Assembly (NCBI GenBank): GCA_016193335.1
Contig: JACPSK010000006.1
Span: 1 to 53,678 of the forward strand
DNA: 53,678 nucleotides
DNA from: Candidatus Magasanikiibacteriota bacterium
GTDB taxonomy: Bacteria > Patescibacteriota > Patescibacteriia > Magasanikbacterales > UBA922
Direction of reading: 5' to 3'
The notes beneath the pieces are model-generated. The model worked only from the letters and a program-made list of their open reading frames with translations, made no database searches and was not told the DNA's origin. Made by a program: the position numbers and the translations under genes. The number at the start of each line of letters is the position of its first letter. Within the stretch, counting starts at the first letter, position 1. Below, piece by piece: positions 27,111 to 36,963 of this stretch.

Positions 27111-29870
27111 TTATACCAGAGTGCGGATAAAGCGCCAGCCGATGAATACTCCCAGACTGAGAGTCGCCACGAGAGCGCTGTTAAAAATTTTTTTGACAAT
27201 CCTGGCTATAAGAGGTTCAGATTCTGGTATTTGCTCAATGCCTTTCTCTTCTTCAATTTTTTGGTCCTCTGTGTTTTGTCCTTGATCTGCTTGTTGGCCT
27301 GAAATTTCGGGCTCAGCATTTCCTTCCGCTTTATTTTCTGTGTCCGATATTTTTTTTTCGTTTAAGCTTTGAGTCTTCTTCGTTTCGGAAAGATTGGAAG
27401 CGGAGCTTTGGGCCGCTTTGTTTGTTTGGTCTTGTCCTGGTGCGGATTCTTTTTCTTTGTTGTTTTGGATCATCCTTTCGTCTGCTTGTTTTTCCGGCTC
27501 TGTTTTGGCTTCAGACATCGGGGCTTCAATGATTTGCGTGGAATCTGCGTTTGTCTCTATGTTTGGAATCGGGAAACCCCCGCTCCCACTTTGTGTTGTG
27601 TCCCCTTTGTTGTTTTGGCTTGGACTTTGTGGTTTTGTGAAAGCAAACAATAGTTGTTCCCATGTCTTTTTTTGACTTGCCGGTATGGCATAAGCAGTGG
27701 CCCAGATTCTGTTGTTTATGTTTTCAGAAGCCAAGATGCCACCGTCTTCACCTTGTTGGGCAGCGAGATAATCAAAAGGATTTTTATTATTTTTAACCCA
27801 GAGCTCTGGATCTTCGCCAAGAGCCAGAATACCTTGAATTGCCCAACTGCTGCTGTATGTATTGCCAAATCCCGCGTCTGATCCTTGCTCTGCCACAAGA
27901 TATGAGCGGGCCTTTGAGAGAGCTTCTTTGACGCCTGCTTTATCCGTAAAGGCGGATAAAGCTTGAATGCCGGCCGCAGTCATATCTACGCTTCCCCAGG
28001 AACCTTCTGTTTGTTTTGAGAGTATGAAATCAGCGCTTTTCGAGATCATTGATTCTGTCGCGGCATATCCGGCTTTGTTCAAAACAATGAGAGCAAAAAT
28101 GTCGTCGTTCACCAGATTTGAATCTCCAAATTGTGTTCCATCGAAACCTGCCGTGATCTGTTCTATGTAATTTAAATTAGTGTCAGAGTATGGATTAATC
28201 CCCAGAGCCATTAGAGCCATGGCTCTTCGTTCAAAATCCGCGAGCGTATTTATCCCGATGAAAGGGCTTGGATTTGATAAAAGATATGTTTTTAGAAGAT
28301 TTTTATTTTCACTGTTTAATCCATGCGAGGCGAAACTTAAGGCTGTCCAGTCTGTGTATAAGGTCGAACTGCCAAAAGAGCCGTCCGTATTTTGATGTTT
28401 AATCAAGAAATCTACGGCTGATTCCAGATTAAATATACTTTTTGAAACATTACTGTCCGTTTGAATCCCTTGCGAATTTGTCTGAGGTGGCTGGGCCACG
28501 CTGTTCCCACAGGTTGTGCAACTTTGATTCACTGTTTGCGCCAGAACTTTTACTTTGAGTGCATGACTTCTGCTTTTTCCGTTTTCATGCGCGAATACCA
28601 AGAAATCGCCGTCCTTATCCGGTATCCATGTCAAAGTTCCTGAGGCCGATTGTACAAGCGTTGAGTTGATATAAAAGTCCAAGCTTCCTGAATAGGGCTC
28701 AAATATATTGCTTTCATCGCTCCAGATCAGAGAAGAAATGTTTATTGGCGTGCCGACTTCTGTGCTTGTGGCAGAAGCTTCCAAGAATAGCGGATCCATA
28801 TCCCAAGCCCCATAGGTCAAAAGCAGCTCATCTCCATTGTTCAGTTCAAGATCAGCAAGCCCCAGATCCGCCAGCTTATTATTATGCCGTACAATCCAAA
28901 ATTCACTGAAATCAACCGCGTTTTCTATGGTATTTATACGGTCCAAGAACAATCCGAAAGACAACGCCGTAACCTGATAGCTCAGAAGCCCCAAGTCAGA
29001 CGCCTGTTCAAGAGCACAGATGGCTTTTGAAGAAGAGAAGGAGAATGTGGAACTGGCGCTGTCGCTTACACTGCAAGCTTCTTCCAAAGTCAGACCGGTG
29101 TCTACTGCTTCGTTCAATCCGCTTACAATATGCAGAGTAATTTGGGGAGCCGGCGGCTTCTCTGCAATAGAAAGAGAAATAGCCTTGCTTCTTGTTTTGT
29201 TTTTTTGTTCAACATATATAGAAAAATCGCCTGTATTTTGAGCTTCCCAACTCAAGCTGCTGCTCGTAATTTCATATATCTCTGTGCCAATATGTATGCT
29301 ACTGCTTACGATCTGATTTTGTGTGATGAAGGCGTTTGATTCGTCTTCCCAACTGAAGATATTGATATCAATCAAATCGCCAAGTTCTGCCGTGCTGGTG
29401 GAAAGTTCCACTTTCAAGGGATCCATATCCCAAGCCCCATAGGTCAAAAGCAGTTCATCTCCATTGTTCAGTTCAAGATCAGCAAGCCCCAGATCCGCCA
29501 GCTTATTATTATGCCGCACAATCCAAAATTCACTGAAATCAACCGCGTTTTCCGTATTATTTATACGGTCCAAGAACAATCCGAAAGACGACGCCGTAAC
29601 CTGGTAGCTCAGAAGCCCCAACTCAGACGCCTGCTCAAGAGCACAGATGGCTTTTGAAGAAGAGAAAGAGAATATGGAACTGGCGCTGTCGTTTATTTCA
29701 CAGTCCGCTTCAAGCGTTATGGTTTTTTGGACAATATGTTCAACAGGGGATTCGATTCTGAGCTGGACCTGGATGGCGTCTTGGGCCGCTGTCTGCCCGG
29801 GCCAGAGAAAAATCACGGCGAGAAATCCCAGAGATATTGTCTGAATCAAGGCTTTATTCTTCTTTTTCAT
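27111..29870 (-). CDS. Surface protein with two DUF4430 (transcobalamin beta-like) domains, Ig-like spacers, a prenyltransferase/squalene-oxidase-repeat barrel, a stalk and a C-terminal TM anchor
   Basis: Signal peptide; duplicated FGLFLDRIN...FW...G...L..GD motif; QNTDGSFG, QTEGSW, QGSDAGFG, QGEDGG repeats; low-complexity linker; TM followed by RFIR. Confidence 0.75.
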   Translation of the reverse strand: MKKKNKALIQTISLGFLAVIFLWPGQTAAQDAIQVQLRIESPVEHIVQKTITLEADCEINDSASSIFSFSSSKAICALEQASELGLLSYQVTASSFGLFLDRINNTENAVDFSEFWIVRHNNKLADLGLADLELNNGDELLLTYGAWDMDPLKVELSTSTAELGDLIDINIFSWEDESNAFITQNQIVSSSIHIGTEIYEITSSSLSWEAQNTGDFSIYVEQKNKTRSKAISLSIAEKPPAPQITLHIVSGLNEAVDTGLTLEEACSVSDSASSTFSFSSSKAICALEQASDLGLLSYQVTALSFGLFLDRINTIENAVDFSEFWIVRHNNKLADLGLADLELNNGDELLLTYGAWDMDPLFLEASATSTEVGTPINISSLIWSDESNIFEPYSGSLDFYINSTLVQSASGTLTWIPDKDGDFLVFAHENGKSRSHALKVKVLAQTVNQSCTTCGNSVAQPPQTNSQGIQTDSNVSKSIFNLESAVDFLIKHQNTDGSFGSSTLYTDWTALSFASHGLNSENKNLLKTYLLSNPSPFIGINTLADFERRAMALMALGINPYSDTNLNYIEQITAGFDGTQFGDSNLVNDDIFALIVLNKAGYAATESMISKSADFILSKQTEGSWGSVDMTAAGIQALSAFTDKAGVKEALSKARSYLVAEQGSDAGFGNTYSSSWAIQGILALGEDPELWVKNNKNPFDYLAAQQGEDGGILASENINNRIWATAYAIPASQKKTWEQLLFAFTKPQSPSQNNKGDTTQSGSGGFPIPNIETNADSTQIIEAPMSEAKTEPEKQADERMIQNNKEKESAPGQDQTNKAAQSSASNLSETKKTQSLNEKKISDTENKAEGNAEPEISGQQADQGQNTEDQKIEEEKGIEQIPESEPLIARIVKKIFNSALVATLSLGVFIGWRFIRTLV
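28792..29691. repeat. 273 bp intragenic direct repeat (28792-29064 and 29419-29691)
   Basis: About 12 mismatches by manual alignment; offset 627 bp, in frame. Confidence 0.9.
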
Positions 29871-30549
29871 AGTTCCATTCTATTATGTCATCCTGTTTAA
29901 TATGATAGGCAGAGACGCCTATCTGGGCTTTGACGCCATTGATATAATAAATCCAGTATTGTTTTTCTTTTGTGTTGTTTGATAATTCGTTTATGCTCTC
30001 TATGAAGAAGCCAAGCCCTGGGCCAAAGTTTTTGCTTGTAAATGTGAAGCCTGGATTTTTTTGGGCCGTTTCATTCATTGCTTCATAAAGCGATGCGTTT
30101 ACCCCCACGTCCATTTCATAGTTTTCTTCTTTTATTTTGAGTGTGAAATGTTTTGTCTCAGAGGATTTTGCTTCCTTTTCCGGTGTTTCTGTGAATGGCG
30201 CGTCATCTCTTTGAGATCTTGGGGCAGTGTCAGCCGCATAATTCGAATTTGTTTGAGCATCTGATGTTTTTTCATTGGCAGCAGCTTTCGGGTTCAAGGC
30301 TTTGGCGTTGTTTTGATATTTTTGTTTGTCAGTATCTGTTTCTTCAAGGGCTGTATCTTTGTTATTTTTTGCGGTTTTTTCCGAAGTATCTTGGATTTCT
30401 ATTCCATTCTCTTGCAAAGCATATATTTTTTTTGAGAAAAAATTTGGCGCGGATGAATTGAAACCTAGCACGCCGCTTGTGAGAGCCAGTATTCCAAAAA
30501 ATCCGAGGAGGATATAATAGATTTTATGTTTTTGATGAAAATCACGCAT
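29854..30549 (-). CDS. Membrane-anchored DUF4430 domain protein (CbrS-like)
   Basis: N-terminal TM, low-complexity stalk, GLGFFIESIN...YWIYYING...GVSAY...DDIIEWNY. Confidence 0.8.
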   Translation of the reverse strand: MRDFHQKHKIYYILLGFFGILALTSGVLGFNSSAPNFFSKKIYALQENGIEIQDTSEKTAKNNKDTALEETDTDKQKYQNNAKALNPKAAANEKTSDAQTNSNYAADTAPRSQRDDAPFTETPEKEAKSSETKHFTLKIKEENYEMDVGVNASLYEAMNETAQKNPGFTFTSKNFGPGLGFFIESINELSNNTKEKQYWIYYINGVKAQIGVSAYHIKQDDIIEWNYEKEE

Positions 30550-30631
30550 AAAAAAATCCTTCCCAGCAGAGAAAGACTATATGGCGATATCTGGCCAAAG
30601 GCCTTTGATATCCTTTTCCTGCTCGGGATAT

Positions 30632-30814
30632 ATGCATATTTGAAGATCGGACTCCTGTCTTCGCTTTGCTACCTTGGGTAAGTGTCTCATTTTTTTTGAC
30701 TCTTATCCTAGATGTAGCCCCTGATGGGGGCGAAGCCAGATTACCGTTGCGGCACAGTGGAGGAATTCCTTGCCATAGATATGGCTTGGGCACCTCACTT
30801 CCACAAATATACAT
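30632..30814 (-). ncRNA. Cobalamin riboswitch
   Basis: Minus strand GGAAGTGAGGTG...AATTCCTCCACTGTGCCGCAACGGTAA...GAAGACAGGAGTCCG; closing helix ATGTATATTTG/CAAATATGCAT; directly upstream of DUF4430 genes. Confidence 0.78.
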
Positions 30815-30829
30815 TTGAATTGTAAGTGA

Positions 30830-30858
30830 AAGGTATCACGGCTTTTATGCACTGTCAA
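30830..30858 (-). promoter_or_regulatory. Sigma70 promoter for the riboswitch operon
   Basis: TTGACA-17 bp-TACCTT with extended TG, just upstream of the riboswitch. Confidence 0.6.
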
Positions 30859-30910
30859 ATGTCGTTCTCACAATAGATTTTATGGTTCTGGGGATAACTC
30901 CAAGCCCATG

Positions 30911-31000
30911 TTTCCATAACATATTTTTATAAATTCTGCGGAGTCAGTCCGCTTCGCTCTCGCACTCGTCCTTAGGATTTATAAAAATCTGTTATGGAAA
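30911..31000. repeat. 90 bp palindromic element
   Basis: TTTCCATAACATATTTTTATAAAT ... ATTTATAAAAATCTGTTATGGAAA. Confidence 0.7.
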
Positions 31001-31093
31001 GATAGGCTATTATAATTCGATGGCTATCCGGACACAGCGGGCATTGCGTCTTCTCCTTGTTTTTTCGGCCACATTAGGCTAGCATAGGCGGAT

Positions 31094-32056
31094 ATGTGGA
31101 TACAGGATTGTATATCTAAGCACAAACCCATTCTTGCGCTTTCACCCATGGCAGACATGACAGATTCTGCTTTTTGTCAAATGGTGAGACGTATAGGCGG
31201 AGCTGATATCGTTTTTAGGGAGATGGTGAGCAGTGAAGCTATTGTCAGACATAATGAGAAAACTTTGGGGATGACGGATTTCCTTGATCAGGAACGGCCT
31301 ATCGTACAGCAGATTTTCGGTGCTGATCCTCTAACCATGGCCAAAGCGGCTGCCATTGTGATGGAAGAGTCCAACCCCGAAGGCATAGACATAAACATGG
31401 GCTGTCCGGTGTACAAAATTACCAGCAATTTTAATGGCGCCGCTTTGATGAAAGAACCTGGACGCGCCGCTTTGATTATTAAAGAGATTAAAAGAGCCAT
31501 CGGCTTGGTTCCTCTCTCTGTAAAAATCCGGCTTGGATGGAATGATCAGGATGAATTCAAAACATTTATTCCGATTCTCGAAAACGCCGGAGCTGATCTT
31601 ATCACCATTCATGGCAGGACCAAGGCACAAGGATACTCGGGAAAGAGTGATTGGGAGCGTATAAGACAGGCAAAGGAAATCGCTCAGGTTCCTGTTTTGG
31701 CGAATGGCGATATACACGAGGCCTTTCAGGTATCAGATGTTTTGATACAAACTGCTGCTGACGGGGTGCTTATCGCTCGCGGAGCTTTGGGCAACCCTTG
31801 GTTTTTTAGGCAAGTTTTAGATCCTGCGTATCGCGTTTCTCTCAAAGAGCGGTTGAGAGTGGTATTGGAACACGCGAGTTTGCATCTTGCTCAATATGGA
31901 GAACGAGGCATGCTTTCTTTTAGAAAGCATCTTGCTTGGTATTTTAAGACACAGAAAATGGGGGTCGAATTCCCGGGGATCAAAGACCTGCGGGCCCGAC
32001 TCGTTCGGGTTTCCACCATCGCTGATCTCGAGAATATTTTGGGTGAATTATCTTAG
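31094..32056 (+). CDS. dusB: tRNA-dihydrouridine synthase
   Basis: LSPMADMTD, DINMGCP, SVKIRLG, TIHGRT, ANGDI, ARGALGNPW. Confidence 0.92.
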   Translation: MWIQDCISKHKPILALSPMADMTDSAFCQMVRRIGGADIVFREMVSSEAIVRHNEKTLGMTDFLDQERPIVQQIFGADPLTMAKAAAIVMEESNPEGIDINMGCPVYKITSNFNGAALMKEPGRAALIIKEIKRAIGLVPLSVKIRLGWNDQDEFKTFIPILENAGADLITIHGRTKAQGYSGKSDWERIRQAKEIAQVPVLANGDIHEAFQVSDVLIQTAADGVLIARGALGNPWFFRQVLDPAYRVSLKERLRVVLEHASLHLAQYGERGMLSFRKHLAWYFKTQKMGVEFPGIKDLRARLVRVSTIADLENILGELS

Positions 32057-32154
32057 AGAAAGCTTCAAGGTTCGGTTTTGATCAGGTTCGGTCAAAAAAT
32101 CTCTGAATCTAGTCCTAGCAAAAAAGTAGTTTGATTCTCTATGGCAAGGAAGTT

Positions 32155-33546
32155 TTATAGCAATGTATCGCAGATTTTTACGGCAAGTCCGGTGTAATCA
32201 GAAGGTTCCAGATTTTTTAGTATCTGCTTATTTTTTTCATCGAAGGGAAGCGATTCGATCATGGATTTAAAAAGATTTTCATCCATTTTTTGTCCCTGGC
32301 TTATCTGTTTTATTTGTTCATAAGCTTCCTTGTTTCCCTGTTTGCGGAGAAAGGTTTGCAAGATCTCAGTAAGCACTTCCCAATGCTGGTTTAGCTCTTC
32401 TCGAGAACGATTTTCGTCGGCTTCTATGCCTTGCAAGCCCTTTGTAAGGTTTTTTATAGCCAAAAGAGAATGGCCCAGGCCTATTCCTTGGTTGCGCAAG
32501 ACCGTGCTGTCTGATAAATCTCTCTGAAGTCTGGAAACAGGTAATTTTTGAGCGAGATGGTTAAGAATGGCATTGGACAAACCGGCGTTTCCTTCGGCAT
32601 TTTCAAACTCTATAGGGTTAACTTTGTGGGGCATGGTGCTCGAGCCTATACCATGTTTTTTTTGGGTAAGTACGCCTCTCATGATATAGAGCCAAATATC
32701 TTGGCTCACATCAATGAGGATGCTGTTTATTCTCGATACGGATTGGTACTGTTCTGAAAGAGAATCTTTGCTTTCCACTTGAGTGCTGTATAGATTTGGC
32801 TCGAGGCCAAGAGACAGAATAAATTTTTTTGAAAATTCAAGCCAGTCCATCTGAGGGTAGGCGATACTCATGGCGCCCCAGGTTCCCGTTGCCCCATTGA
32901 GTTTACCTTGTAAAGGCAGGTTTTTGAGTCTGATAATTTGGCGTTTTAGACGAGCAAAAAAAACGGCGAATTCTTTGCCCAGAGTCGTGGGCGTGGCGCT
33001 TTGTCCGTGAGTGAGTCCAAGAAGAGGAATATTTTTTTGTTGGAGTGAAAAGATTTTTAATTCATCTATCAGAGTGTCCAGTCGGGGCAGGTATACACGT
33101 TTTAAAGCATGCTTCCATGCCAAAGCATGAGCGAGATTGTTTATATCTTCAGAGGTGAGGCCGAAGTGAATAAAAGGAATTTTGGTCCCCGCATTGATTT
33201 CTGAACATTTTAGACGCAGAAAATATTCCACTGCTTTGAGATCGTGTTTTGTTTCCTGTTCTATTCGCTTTATAGTTTGCGCGTCTTTGAAGGAGAATGT
33301 TCTATACCAAGAGCGGAGAATCTCGGCTTCATGCCGAGAGCATGTTTGCAATTCAGGTATTTCCTCAGCTTCGCTGAGAGCTATAAGGTATTCTATTTCC
33401 ACCAGAAGCCTGTATCTGAGAAGAGCGAATTCTGAAAAAAAAGACCTTAGTTCCCCTGTGTCTTTTTTGTATCTTCCATCTATAGGAGAAATGACCAGGA
33501 GACTCTGTAGGTTTTTTTCAAATTCAAACTCCTCTGATGGACTCAT
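32155..33546 (-). CDS. purB: Adenylosuccinate lyase
   Basis: SPIDGRY, HFGLTSEDINN, THGQ, GSSTMPHKVNPIEFEN, SRLQRDL. Confidence 0.96.
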   Translation of the reverse strand: MSPSEEFEFEKNLQSLLVISPIDGRYKKDTGELRSFFSEFALLRYRLLVEIEYLIALSEAEEIPELQTCSRHEAEILRSWYRTFSFKDAQTIKRIEQETKHDLKAVEYFLRLKCSEINAGTKIPFIHFGLTSEDINNLAHALAWKHALKRVYLPRLDTLIDELKIFSLQQKNIPLLGLTHGQSATPTTLGKEFAVFFARLKRQIIRLKNLPLQGKLNGATGTWGAMSIAYPQMDWLEFSKKFILSLGLEPNLYSTQVESKDSLSEQYQSVSRINSILIDVSQDIWLYIMRGVLTQKKHGIGSSTMPHKVNPIEFENAEGNAGLSNAILNHLAQKLPVSRLQRDLSDSTVLRNQGIGLGHSLLAIKNLTKGLQGIEADENRSREELNQHWEVLTEILQTFLRKQGNKEAYEQIKQISQGQKMDENLFKSMIESLPFDEKNKQILKNLEPSDYTGLAVKICDTLL

Positions 33547-33558
33547 ATCATTTGGATT

Positions 33559-34857
33559 TTATCGTATTATGGTCAGTTCTCTATCCGGTCCGAGAGATAT
33601 GATGCTTAAGGGGCATTTGAGATTTTTTTCAATGAATTCCGTGTATATTTTCATTTCTCTGGGCATGGAATCATATCCTTGTTCTGTCATGCGTTTGTAT
33701 TCATGCTCTTTGTATGGCCTCCAACCGGGCAAGCTCAGATACACCGGCTTTGCGTTTCTCATAAGCGAGAGACTCGCCGGCATTTCTTGGATGCTTTTGC
33801 TTCCTGCGCGGTATCCCACGCATATCTTTATCTTATTAAGTCCCCCCAATATATCTAATTTTGTGATAGCCAAAGCGTTCAGTCCGCTCAATCTCACTGA
33901 CTGCCGAACTTGGACGAGGTCCAGCCAGCCAACTCTCCTGGCTCTGCCTGTGGTTGTTCCATATTCGTGCCCGCGTTCGCGCAATTCCTGGCCCAATGGT
34001 CCTTTGAGTTCAGTTGGGAAGGGACTTTCTCCCACGCGGCTCACATAAGCTTTCATCACTCCGATCCGTGTGCTTTTGTGGTTCATGGCCAATCCTGAAC
34101 CCACTTCAGCATATCCGGCGACATTGTTGCTACTGGTATTGTAAGGGTAAAGACCGTGATCGAGGTCAAGACACATGCCTTGTGCGCCTTCAAAAAGTAT
34201 GCGTTTGCCTTCGCGGTAAGCTTGTGAAAGTTCATATTCAGTGTCACAAACATATTTCGACAGGCGTTTCCCGTAATATGTATAATTTTGGAAAATCGAT
34301 TCCAGGGATTCTTCTAATGACTTGCCTGATAATGATTTGAAAAGAGCCTCATTAAATTGATAGGCTTTTTTGAGTTTTTCTTTAAAAATATCCGGTTCCA
34401 GAAGATCTATCATGCGTATTCCATGCCGGTAGGCTTTGTCCGCGTAAACCGGAGCTATGCCACGCTTTGTGCTTCCGGCCGCCAGGCTTCCTTGATGTTC
34501 TGAAAGCGCGGAATCCAGAGCAATATGATAAGGGAAAATAACATGAGCTCGCTGGCTTATTTTCAAACGGGAATGGATGCCTCGTTCACCGAGCTTATCT
34601 ATTTCTTCTATAAGCACTCGAGGATCGATTACAGTCCCTGCTCCTATAACACAAACACAGCGGGGATTCAAAATACCGGAGGGCACTAAATGGAGTTTGT
34701 AGATTTCCTTGCCCGCGACCAGGGTATGACCCGCGTTGTTTCCCGCGTGGAAGCGCACTGCATAATCCGCTTCTTTGGCGCAATAATCGGCTATTTTGCC
34801 TTTTCCTTCATCTCCCCACTGGGCGCCTACAATTATAGTACATTGTTCTACTTTCAT
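33559..34857 (-). CDS. purA: Adenylosuccinate synthetase
   Basis: GAQWGDEGKGK, NAGHT, EGAQG, EYGTTTGRARR; start at MKVEQ. Confidence 0.97.
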   Translation of the reverse strand: MKVEQCTIIVGAQWGDEGKGKIADYCAKEADYAVRFHAGNNAGHTLVAGKEIYKLHLVPSGILNPRCVCVIGAGTVIDPRVLIEEIDKLGERGIHSRLKISQRAHVIFPYHIALDSALSEHQGSLAAGSTKRGIAPVYADKAYRHGIRMIDLLEPDIFKEKLKKAYQFNEALFKSLSGKSLEESLESIFQNYTYYGKRLSKYVCDTEYELSQAYREGKRILFEGAQGMCLDLDHGLYPYNTSSNNVAGYAEVGSGLAMNHKSTRIGVMKAYVSRVGESPFPTELKGPLGQELRERGHEYGTTTGRARRVGWLDLVQVRQSVRLSGLNALAITKLDILGGLNKIKICVGYRAGSKSIQEMPASLSLMRNAKPVYLSLPGWRPYKEHEYKRMTEQGYDSMPREMKIYTEFIEKNLKCPLSIISLGPDRELTIIR

Positions 34858-34859
34858 AG

Positions 34860-35705
34860 CTATTTTGCTTTTAGGGAAGCGGCGAGCACTGTGTTTGAGA
34901 GCAGTTTCGCAACAGTAATGGGCCCTACACCTCCGGGCGTTGGGGTTATCCAAACGTTTTTATCCGCGAAACTTTGTACGTCTACGTCTCCGGTCATTTT
35001 TTTGTTCACAAAATCAACACCCGTGTCTATGATGACTGCTCCATCGGAAACCATATCTCCGCTTAGAATACCGAATTTTCCAACTCCTGTAATAATAATG
35101 TCAGCACGGAGACATTTTTCTCTGGTATCTCTGGTAATACTGTTACACGTGCTAAGACTCGCCCTTGCGTTCATCATCATAATGGCGAGCGGTTTGCCGA
35201 CCAATGCCCCCATGCCTATGATCGTTACATTTTTGCCGGGCAATTCAATCTTCAGTTCTTTGAGAATCTCCAAGACGGCGGCAGGGGTAGGTGGCAAGAG
35301 ACTTTGAGTATTCATTACCAGTTTTCCGAGATTTATATTCGTGAGACAGTCCACATCTGCCAAAGGGTTTATTGCATTCAAGACTTCAGCCGTAAATTCC
35401 GGATAGGGCAGAGGCAGCTGTACAATGAGTCCATTCGGATTTTCCTGACTCTGTATTTCTTCCACTTTAGAGATGATGAGATTTTTTCCCGCGTCAGGGG
35501 GTAATTGGTGGAGTTTAAAATTAATTCCCACATTTCGCGCCGCTTCTCCTTTTTTTGAAACATAAGTTTTTGAAGGCTTGTCGTCTCCTACCAAAAGAAC
35601 GGCGAGAGAGGGGATAGCGCCTTGTTTTTTGAGCTCTTCGACTTTCGTCTTTGTCTGCTCAAGAATTCGATCCGCGATTGTTTTGCCGTTTATGAGCTGG
35701 GACAT
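34860..35705 (-). CDS. folD: Methylene-THF dehydrogenase/cyclohydrolase
   Basis: YVSKK, VQLPLP, DVD, VGKP, TPTPGGVGPIT; start at MSQLING. Confidence 0.95.
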   Translation of the reverse strand: MSQLINGKTIADRILEQTKTKVEELKKQGAIPSLAVLLVGDDKPSKTYVSKKGEAARNVGINFKLHQLPPDAGKNLIISKVEEIQSQENPNGLIVQLPLPYPEFTAEVLNAINPLADVDCLTNINLGKLVMNTQSLLPPTPAAVLEILKELKIELPGKNVTIIGMGALVGKPLAIMMMNARASLSTCNSITRDTREKCLRADIIITGVGKFGILSGDMVSDGAVIIDTGVDFVNKKMTGDVDVQSFADKNVWITPTPGGVGPITVAKLLSNTVLAASLKAK

Positions 35706-35799
35706 TTGAGAGGAATAATTTTTTCGTTGGCTGCGAAAATTCGCTTTGCTCATCGCGCAGCACCGCGATAATTTTGTAAAACAAAATTATTTTGCGGTG

Positions 35800-35870
35800 C
35801 TCGGGGACAAGGATTCGAACCTCGGTTACCAGGGCCAGAACCTGGTGTCCTACCACTAGACGATCCCCGA
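35800..35870 (-). tRNA. tRNA-Gln (CTG)
   Basis: Acceptor stem TCGGGGA/TCCCCGA, anticodon arm CCAGG-TTCTGGC-CCTGG, T-loop GTTCGAATC; CCA not encoded. Confidence 0.95.
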
Positions 35871-35961
35871 ATATATATCCAGATATGCTATCTGAATTGC
35901 TATTCTGTCTTTTTTCTAAAGTCTGTTTCCAAATGGAAACTTCACGGCATTTTTGAGGATA

Positions 35962-36960
35962 TCAGTTGTCTATCTCAGCTCCCTCATGCAGATTTTCTAA
36001 AAAACGTTCACTTACCACTATTATATCAGACCAGCGCCAGCCATGAGCAAGAAATATCGTTTCATTCGCTATATGACGTTTTGATTCATCGTCCAGCAAA
36101 AATACCTTGGGGTTTTCTTTGGTTTTTACCAAAGATCCTCGAACGAGTTTTTTTTCATTCACTATCGGTGAATAACCCTCGCGGGTTTCTTGCCCATCGT
36201 CAAACCCGTCGTCATCGCTATCAGCGAGCCATAGAGCGCTGCCTTGTTTTATTTCTTCTATTTTTGTCAAACCGTCTTTGTCCCCGTCAAGTTCTGCGCT
36301 TTTTTGGAGATTTTTTTGCGTGAATATGGCCTTTTTTTGTCCGTATTTTGTTTTGTTGGCAGGCAGGAAATCGTGCATCGCGTTCACGAGTGTATCATAG
36401 GAATAGCGATAGTCAAGTCCGCGCCCTACGCCAGGTTCCTGAGTTATAAATTCTTGGGTTTCGTCATCGTATCCTTTCACTACCACGGTGTGATAATCCG
36501 GGCCTCCTCGCAGAAAATAGGGGTTATTGAGCTGTTTCCCGTACAGAGGGACTATAACCGGTCTTTGCATGTCTAACTCTGATTTAATATCTTCTACGCT
36601 CGGATCCTCAACTTCTTTCGCTTCCCAATTGAAAAAATTGTTAATAATTTCAACAATCTGGCTTACGTTTGTGTCTTTATTGAATCCGAAGTGTTTATTT
36701 TCAATGTTTACAATACGCAAAATTTCGTCATGAGCTGTTTTTTTTGGTATTCGTTCAGCTTGAAATCCTTTATAAAATTGGTCCACGATTAGGATAGTGG
36801 CTTCTTCGCAAGCGTCTTGCCAAGGCTGTCGCCAATCGCTGTAAGGAGCTTGCAAAGTAAAAGGGACCCTCAGAGTGAAGGCAAAAACTTTTTGGCTTAT
36901 GGTGAGGCCAAATAGTATCGCGAGGCAAAACGCCATACGGGCGGAAAATGCGATTTTCAT
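35962..36960 (-). CDS. Exported C39-like peptidase with Ca-binding DxDxDG repeats
   Basis: Signal peptide; QAP...DACEEA, YHTVVVKGYD; DGDKDGL, DSDDDG. Confidence 0.75.
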   Translation of the reverse strand: MKIAFSARMAFCLAILFGLTISQKVFAFTLRVPFTLQAPYSDWRQPWQDACEEATILIVDQFYKGFQAERIPKKTAHDEILRIVNIENKHFGFNKDTNVSQIVEIINNFFNWEAKEVEDPSVEDIKSELDMQRPVIVPLYGKQLNNPYFLRGGPDYHTVVVKGYDDETQEFITQEPGVGRGLDYRYSYDTLVNAMHDFLPANKTKYGQKKAIFTQKNLQKSAELDGDKDGLTKIEEIKQGSALWLADSDDDGFDDGQETREGYSPIVNEKKLVRGSLVKTKENPKVFLLDDESKRHIANETIFLAHGWRWSDIIVVSERFLENLHEGAEIDN

Positions 36961-36963
36961 GGC

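Noticed and set aside
28792-29691. DGR template/variable repeat pair
   Set aside because: Mismatches are not adenine-specific, both copies are in frame in one gene, and no reverse transcriptase is present.
27111-29870. Squalene-hopene cyclase call from QW-like repeats
   Set aside because: No DxDD motif; the protein is exported, carries DUF4430 domains and follows a B12 riboswitch.
33182-34048. 288 aa plus-strand ORF
   Set aside because: Antisense to purB/purA with no recognisable motifs.
35800-35870. tRNA used as an island integration site
   Set aside because: No duplicated tRNA 3' end or integrase; the flanks are housekeeping-type genes.
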